DNA from: Patescibacteria group bacterium
GTDB lineage: Bacteria > Patescibacteriota > Minisyncoccia > Phycocordibacterales > SIBU01
Direction of reading: 5' to 3'
Assembly (NCBI GenBank): GCA_040390045.1
Contig: JAZJZC010000001.1
Coordinates: 108,005 to 172,004, forward strand
DNA length: 64,000 nt
In this document: positions 58,965-64,000 of the stretch, in pieces
Numbering within the stretch: position 1 is the first letter of the stretch
Layout: every line of letters begins with the position of its first letter
Notes under the pieces: generated by a model
The model's input: only the letters and a program-made list of their open reading frames with translations
Database searches by the model: none
Told to the model about the DNA's origin: nothing
Position numbers and translations under genes: made by a program

Positions 58965-60194
58965 TCAACTTTCGAGCCGTCGCACCAAGATTGTGATGGC
59001 GGATGAACTGTTGCTGGCCTGAAGATCTAGCGGGAGATCCGAAATCTTACCGGTAGTAAACTTCTGACTGAGCCACCATTGCCCTGTGTGCGGGCTGACC
59101 AATGTTAGTAGCGCCACCCCCTGACCCCCCGCTTCTTCAAAGAGGCGCTCAAGCATGAGCTCCCCAATACCGTCACTGAGGTATGATTGATCAACCGCAA
59201 GCGAACTAATCAACGCCTTTTTCTCACTTGGGAAACAGCGCAGACAACCGCAAGCCATAACTCCGTCGTCCTTTACTGCAACACGATAATTCGCGAGCTG
59301 CGCCCCGATCATCTCTTCCGTGTGTTGACGAACATCGCCACGGCTTTCCTGTGTGCCAAGGACATTCAGAATACCGCCAATGTCGGATTCGCGCGCGGAG
59401 CGAATTTCCTGGTAGGGATTCTGGTGAATCATTGTTCCGACGCCATCCTTGGTGAACACTTCACTGAGTAAGCCACCAATGACCTTGCCATTAATGAAGT
59501 GAACGCGCAACACTCCTGTACTGATTACCTGTTCTGCCATTGACGTGAACTCCGCGAACTGTCCCGTAATGACACCGTCCGTTACCAGTTGGCGGACTTC
59601 ACTCGGCTGCGCTTCTCTCAGTAGAGCGCTACCCCTTTGGAAAATACCGTCAACGCACGAGAGGTAGATCAGTTTGTTTGTCGATATTCCTGCGCACAGA
59701 CTGGTCGTGACTCGCAGCAACGAACCAAACCACGATTCATCGGTATTTTCATCTTTCGGTCTTGCAACAATGACCGGCAGTAACCCTTTGGCCAGAATGT
59801 CACCAACCTTGTCCGGAAGCGACTCGGTGCCGATGTCATTCTCCTCCACCTTGAATGCGAAACCCTGTGATTTTGTAACTTCCGGTTTGTTTGAAACCAA
59901 GAAATTGCAGTGGAGCATGTTAAGGGATCGGCACAACTGCGCGGCAAGTGATTGCAGTCGTGCGTACCGAGTTTTCCGTCTTATCCGGTAATCAGACTGG
60001 TCGGAAGAACCGAGCACTAGCACAATACGAATACCGACCGCATGAAGCAGAGTAATGTCCCCTGCTACAGAGAGTATGTCATTACCCTCAAGTACCCTGC
60101 CATCAATTGCGATGACGAAGGTTGAATGTCCGAACCGCGCGACGTAGGTAAGCATCTCGCGAAGCTGGCTCGTCGCCAATTTTCTATCTTTCAT
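58965..60194 (-). CDS. argA: amino-acid N-acetyltransferase (AAK plus GNAT domains, ArgA-like)
   Basis: TFVIAIDG, GIRIVLV, KLIYL, GVLRVHFING, EVFTKDGVGTMI, then a GNAT domain. Confidence 0.75.
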   Translation of the reverse strand: MKDRKLATSQLREMLTYVARFGHSTFVIAIDGRVLEGNDILSVAGDITLLHAVGIRIVLVLGSSDQSDYRIRRKTRYARLQSLAAQLCRSLNMLHCNFLVSNKPEVTKSQGFAFKVEENDIGTESLPDKVGDILAKGLLPVIVARPKDENTDESWFGSLLRVTTSLCAGISTNKLIYLSCVDGIFQRGSALLREAQPSEVRQLVTDGVITGQFAEFTSMAEQVISTGVLRVHFINGKVIGGLLSEVFTKDGVGTMIHQNPYQEIRSARESDIGGILNVLGTQESRGDVRQHTEEMIGAQLANYRVAVKDDGVMACGCLRCFPSEKKALISSLAVDQSYLSDGIGELMLERLFEEAGGQGVALLTLVSPHTGQWWLSQKFTTGKISDLPLDLQASNSSSAITILVRRLES

Positions 60195-60216
60195 AATGAA
60201 TCCTTTCCTTTTGGTT

Positions 60217-61374
60217 TCAGAGACACATCTTTTGTGCAATCTGCCTGAACTTGGTAACGGCAGACTCTAGTTGCTCAGTTTTGACAAACTCATTCGGTTT
60301 GTGCGCTTGCGCGATGTCGCCAGGTCCCAAGATGAGACAGTCGGTACCCATTAGTTGGAGAACTGACGCGTCTGTGCCGTATGGTACTCCTCGCGCCTTG
60401 ATACCTGTCACCTGTTCCGCCACGGTCACGATTAATGAATTCGCATCCGTGGTTACCGGTTCAGTAGGACAACGCATGAGGCGAAGCGAAACGAGGGGTT
60501 GCCCTCCGTGCTCCCCAATACTTCGCATTCGGGCCACGAGGTCTTGAATCATCAAATCCGATGTCTGCCCTTTGATGGGGCGGATATCAAACTCGATTGC
60601 GCATTCCTCGGCAATCACATTGGCTTTTGTACCGCCTTTGATCACCCCGATGTTTAATGTCGCGCAAGGAGGATCATATTCCTCGTTTTCCTGCATCGCT
60701 AGTTCACCAGCAAATGCGCGTAACTTTTCAATAACCCCTGCTGCGATCTCAATAGCGTTGATACCGCTTTGGGGGTCACTCGCATGACCACTGACTCCGC
60801 GACATAGGGCGCGCAAGTAAATGTGTCCCTTGTGCATACGCATCGGTCGCATTAAAGTTGGTTCACCAACCAACGCGTATCGAGGTCGAATCAATTTGGA
60901 TTCGACGAGATGTTTGGCTCCAAGCAGGCCAACCTCTTCGTCATACGTGAGCCCGAGAATCAGTTCCCGTTTGAAGCTTCCCGCTTTCGACAAAAGGGGC
61001 GCGATTGCACAGATCATTGCTGCAATTGAACCTTTCATGTCGACCGAGCCGCGTCCAAACAGCAATCCTCGCCTTTTCTCCTCAGTCAGCTGAAATGGCG
61101 GATAATCCCAGTGATTGCTGGAACCCACGGGGACTGTATCTGTGTGGGCGGAAAACATAAACGATTCCACGTCTCGCGGGCCGGCGCGGGCGATTATGTT
61201 TGCCTTCTCCAGTGTTCCATGCTCAAAGGTTCTCTGTTGGATTTCCACCTCAAAACCGATATCGACTAACAAAGGGTGGAGAAATTTCACCAACGGCAAA
61301 TTGCTATTGGTTGAAACGGTATCGAACGAAACCATCCTGCTCGTTAGCTCTTTTACATCAAGTATTGTGCTCAT
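60217..61374 (-). CDS. argE: acetylornithine deacetylase (M20)
   Basis: FDTVS..SN, HTDTVP, GRGSVDMKG, DEEVG, GEPT, GPGDIAQAHKPNE. Confidence 0.88.
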   Translation of the reverse strand: MSTILDVKELTSRMVSFDTVSTNSNLPLVKFLHPLLVDIGFEVEIQQRTFEHGTLEKANIIARAGPRDVESFMFSAHTDTVPVGSSNHWDYPPFQLTEEKRRGLLFGRGSVDMKGSIAAMICAIAPLLSKAGSFKRELILGLTYDEEVGLLGAKHLVESKLIRPRYALVGEPTLMRPMRMHKGHIYLRALCRGVSGHASDPQSGINAIEIAAGVIEKLRAFAGELAMQENEEYDPPCATLNIGVIKGGTKANVIAEECAIEFDIRPIKGQTSDLMIQDLVARMRSIGEHGGQPLVSLRLMRCPTEPVTTDANSLIVTVAEQVTGIKARGVPYGTDASVLQLMGTDCLILGPGDIAQAHKPNEFVKTEQLESAVTKFRQIAQKMCL

Positions 61375-61517
61375 TTTTTCCTCTCTTTCGTATCTGGGAT
61401 TTGTTATTGTGTGTTCAATTTACAGCCTTATTGAGCCCCACCAAGGGCAGTACTGTCCTTAAAACAGTCGTTTTCAAAGGTCTATATATGAAACTAATTC
61501 CACCCTATCACAAATTT

Positions 61518-61670
61518 TGAGGCTTTGTCCAGAATCAGTACCCCGAGTTCAACAACCGATTTGCAACGCATGACTTAATGACAAAGGAACAGATTATCAA
61601 CCGCATCAAAAACGACGGAGTATCGATCATTCAAGCTGCGCAAGACTACAGGGTATCGGAAAATTCGCAA
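61518..61670 (+). mobile_element. IS3-like remnant (left end and truncated HTH orfA)
   Basis: KEQIINRIKNDGVSIIQAAQDY resembles a transposase HTH; the frame loses similarity after about 30 aa. Confidence 0.4.
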
Positions 61671-61745
61671 TCGCATATCCATATGCGAAAAACAAAAAAA
61701 CATCCCGATCGGGATGTTTTTTTGTTTAAACTATTTCTGCGAAAT

Positions 61746-62273
61746 CTAGAACTTAATATTTGCCGGAACAGTGAGCAACTTGGCGTCCATCAACCAATCG
61801 TGACAATCCCAACTGACATTGTCTGGATTGGTACCATATACCGCTCCACTGGTAAGATCGCTTGGAATAACTTCAGGAAGTTCTGCCACTGAAGTGATGC
61901 TTAATTTCTTGCCAGTCACCGCGCCTTCTTTCCAAGAATAGAGAAGTCCCCCACTGTAGATCATGAGATTTGCAGTGCTTGTGGTAGCAGTGATCGTTCG
62001 AAACTCTCCTCGCATTTTTCCATCTGCAATGTAAACCACACTGGTGCTTCGACTGGTTGGGTTAACCTGTTCATAGGAGCACTGATGATTTCCTGATTGC
62101 GCAAAAATACTTCTAAATGTCGTCGTATTTTTTACCGGTGTGACATTTGTTTGAGTGTTAGTGCTACTTGTTTCTGCTGGCACACTTGGCATAGTTGACG
62201 ATGAAAAATACCAAATACCGAGTATTGCCAAAATTGCGACAACGACGATTCCAATTATTATGTTGCGATTCAT
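61746..62273 (-). CDS. membrane-anchored hypothetical protein
   Basis: N-terminal TM, C..Y, YIADGKMR, Y.W, WDC..W. Confidence 0.7.
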   Translation of the reverse strand: MNRNIIIGIVVVAILAILGIWYFSSSTMPSVPAETSSTNTQTNVTPVKNTTTFRSIFAQSGNHQCSYEQVNPTSRSTSVVYIADGKMRGEFRTITATTSTANLMIYSGGLLYSWKEGAVTGKKLSITSVAELPEVIPSDLTSGAVYGTNPDNVSWDCHDWLMDAKLLTVPANIKF

Positions 62274-62464
62274 GTGTAATATAAATTAAATTTTTAATGT
62301 AGGAAATTAAATTCGTCGACCTTTTAAGTCCGTGATAATTATATCACGTTAGGTTTGAAACACTTTATTTTGTAATACATAACAGCTTTTGCCGTCACTA
62401 GTCAGCAAGCAATATAATTGTTTATAATACTATCGTAGCTTATTTACTAATTAACAACAAAAAT

Positions 62465-62887
62465 ATGGCAAAAGTTAATCCGTTTATTAGATTCAACGAC
62501 AAGAAGTGCCGCGAAGCAATGACTTTTTACAAAGACTGTCTCGGTGGTGAACTTGAATTTATGACCGCCAAAGGCACGCCGATGGAAAAAGACATGGACG
62601 CTGACAAGCTCGACCTAGTCATGCACTCAACTTTGAAGAAGGGCGACTGGGTGCTCATTGGTTCAGACATGATGCGAGATAAAGCGAAAAGTGGCGACCA
62701 AGTCGGTATTTCCCTTGATTGTGAAAGTGCCAAAGAAATCAAAACAATTTTCGACAAACTTGCAAAAGGCGGAGACGTCTTCATGCCGCTTGAAGATCAA
62801 TTTTGGGGCGCGACCTTTGGTCTCGTTACTGACAAATACGGTGTCGAGTGGATGCTGAACTTCCAAAAAGCTCCGATGAAAAAATAA
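62465..62887 (+). CDS. VOC/PhnB-family protein
   Basis: NPFIRF, AMTFY, VMHSTL, MPLEDQFWGATFG.VTDKYGVEW. Confidence 0.9.
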   Translation: MAKVNPFIRFNDKKCREAMTFYKDCLGGELEFMTAKGTPMEKDMDADKLDLVMHSTLKKGDWVLIGSDMMRDKAKSGDQVGISLDCESAKEIKTIFDKLAKGGDVFMPLEDQFWGATFGLVTDKYGVEWMLNFQKAPMKK

Positions 62888-62899
62888 AGAGTCGCAACA

Positions 62900-62940
62900 A
62901 AAAACCGCCGCGCGAAAATTCACGCGGCGGTTTTTGTTTT
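62900..62940 (+). terminator. intrinsic terminator (CCGCCGCG family)
   Basis: AAAAACCGCCGCG...CGCGGCGGTTTTT. Confidence 0.75.
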
Positions 62941-63022
62941 CAAAAAAATTGACGCATGCTACTTAGGCGTGCTATTTTGATTTTTAGAAAATCACAGTTT
63001 TGACAATCAAACTCGGTACACC

Positions 63023-64000
63023 ATGAGTGACAATACAAACCGCCTCGAGGAGGCTTTGCGCCTTTGGGAAACGCACGCCTTCCTTTTTGGAAGAACGTTG
63101 TGCTCCAGAAACAAAGGACAGGAATTGCCCGAGACCCGTGATGGCGTTTTCGCACATTATCAGGAGTTTAGGCAATTCTTGCTTTCGCGGAATCAAACCT
63201 TCCGGCCTGATAAATTTTTTCACCCGAATCAAAAAACAATGGAGGAGAACATCGCTATCGGAGGGAACCTCCTCCTGCCGCTCGAACTCCATCAATGGTC
63301 TTGCAGATCGCGAAGAATTTATAGTGTAACTTCCGAGTTGCAACAATTCCTCGAAACTACCTCGACGAAACACATCACTTGGAATGATGTAACACTTCCA
63401 TTTGATTCGTTCGGTATCGCCCTCTCCATTCCCTTGAAATCATTTAATCGAGGTGAATCTGGAGTGAGGACGGTCACATCAAACTGCGACTTCATTCTCG
63501 TCACACGTCAGAGCATACCTGAAAAAAGATTTACCCTCTTGATCCGGCAAATTGCAATCGATCCCAACTATGTACACCCCGCTAAAGGCCTGCGCCAACA
63601 TATTGATGAGTTATTACAAAGTGGAAAATATTCGAAAGCTTCGACCATCTTAGAGGAACGAATAGCCACAATAAGGGCTTCGAGCGGTTACATGAGTCTT
63701 TTGCGACTTAACCTTTCGGAAGAAGAATTTAATTCCCCTCTCAGTCTTGTTCTTGACAGTGACCCGATGGTTTTGGCGCACCCGCTTGCATCGTCGGAAG
63801 CAAAAGAATACGGCGAGACTGAAATTCAAAGTGTGGCTCGTTTGAGCATCAGAATTGTGGTGGGGCTTTGTCTGTACCTCGAATCCCTCGGGACCAAAAG
63901 TAAGGGTAAAGGAAAACTAGCTGAACCCATTTGGGAGCGGCAGACTTCAACCGATCCGCGCACGCTGGTTTCCGAGTCGCAGGTTCTTACCGTCACTGGT
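63023..64000 (+). CDS. hypothetical protein, runs off the window end
   Basis: Frame translated by hand (MSDNTNRLEE...LPFDSFGIAL...) with no stop to 64000; TTGACG promoter at about 62949. Confidence 0.65.
   Translation, partial: MSDNTNRLEEALRLWETHAFLFGRTLCSRNKGQELPETRDGVFAHYQEFRQFLLSRNQTFRPDKFFHPNQKTMEENIAIGGNLLLPLELHQWSCRSRRIYSVTSELQQFLETTSTKHITWNDVTLPFDSFGIALSIPLKSFNRGESGVRTVTSNCDFILVTRQSIPEKRFTLLIRQIAIDPNYVHPAKGLRQHIDELLQSGKYSKASTILEERIATIRASSGYMSLLRLNLSEEEFNSPLSLVLDSDPMVLAHPLASSEAKEYGETEIQSVARLSIRIVVGLCLYLESLGTKSKGKGKLAEPIWERQTSTDPRTLVSESQVLTVTG

Noticed and set aside
1-64000. Alternative genetic code (TGA as Gly, as in Gracilibacteria)
   Set aside because: Core genes translate full length under code 11, and TGA ends several genes (for example def).

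Overview
Bacterial genome window (genetic code 11). Gene content points to a Patescibacteria/CPR (Parcubacteria-like) host: tandem pilin-like genes, a short S1, two mreB paralogs, a degenerate PriA, and few recognisable RBSs. The core region (about 15-42 kb) holds gyrA, rpsA, pth, mreB-mreC-mreD-like-pbp2, proS, rseP, frr, murA, priA, def, fmt and hpf. The left end carries two divergent secreted proteins that share an LS(S/A)PxY repeat, seven pilin-like genes and a glycosylation cluster. Two HTH-type genes (PaaX/Cas2-like and TrpR-like) are each bracketed by their own palindrome family. A 6.8-kb element sits in the tRNA-Asn 3' end. It carries a large serine recombinase apparently split at attP, a type II R-M pair, a frameshifted Rep and an orphan AbiEii-WYL-Zn-finger protein, and it is flanked by hairpin-interrupted tRNA-like fragments. 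The right end has an arginine-themed island (SpeD-like decarboxylase, ArgRS, an aaRS-like orphan, a PLP enzyme, ArgA, ArgE), which is unexpected in a CPR genome. All product calls come from motif recognition by eye; no database searches were run.
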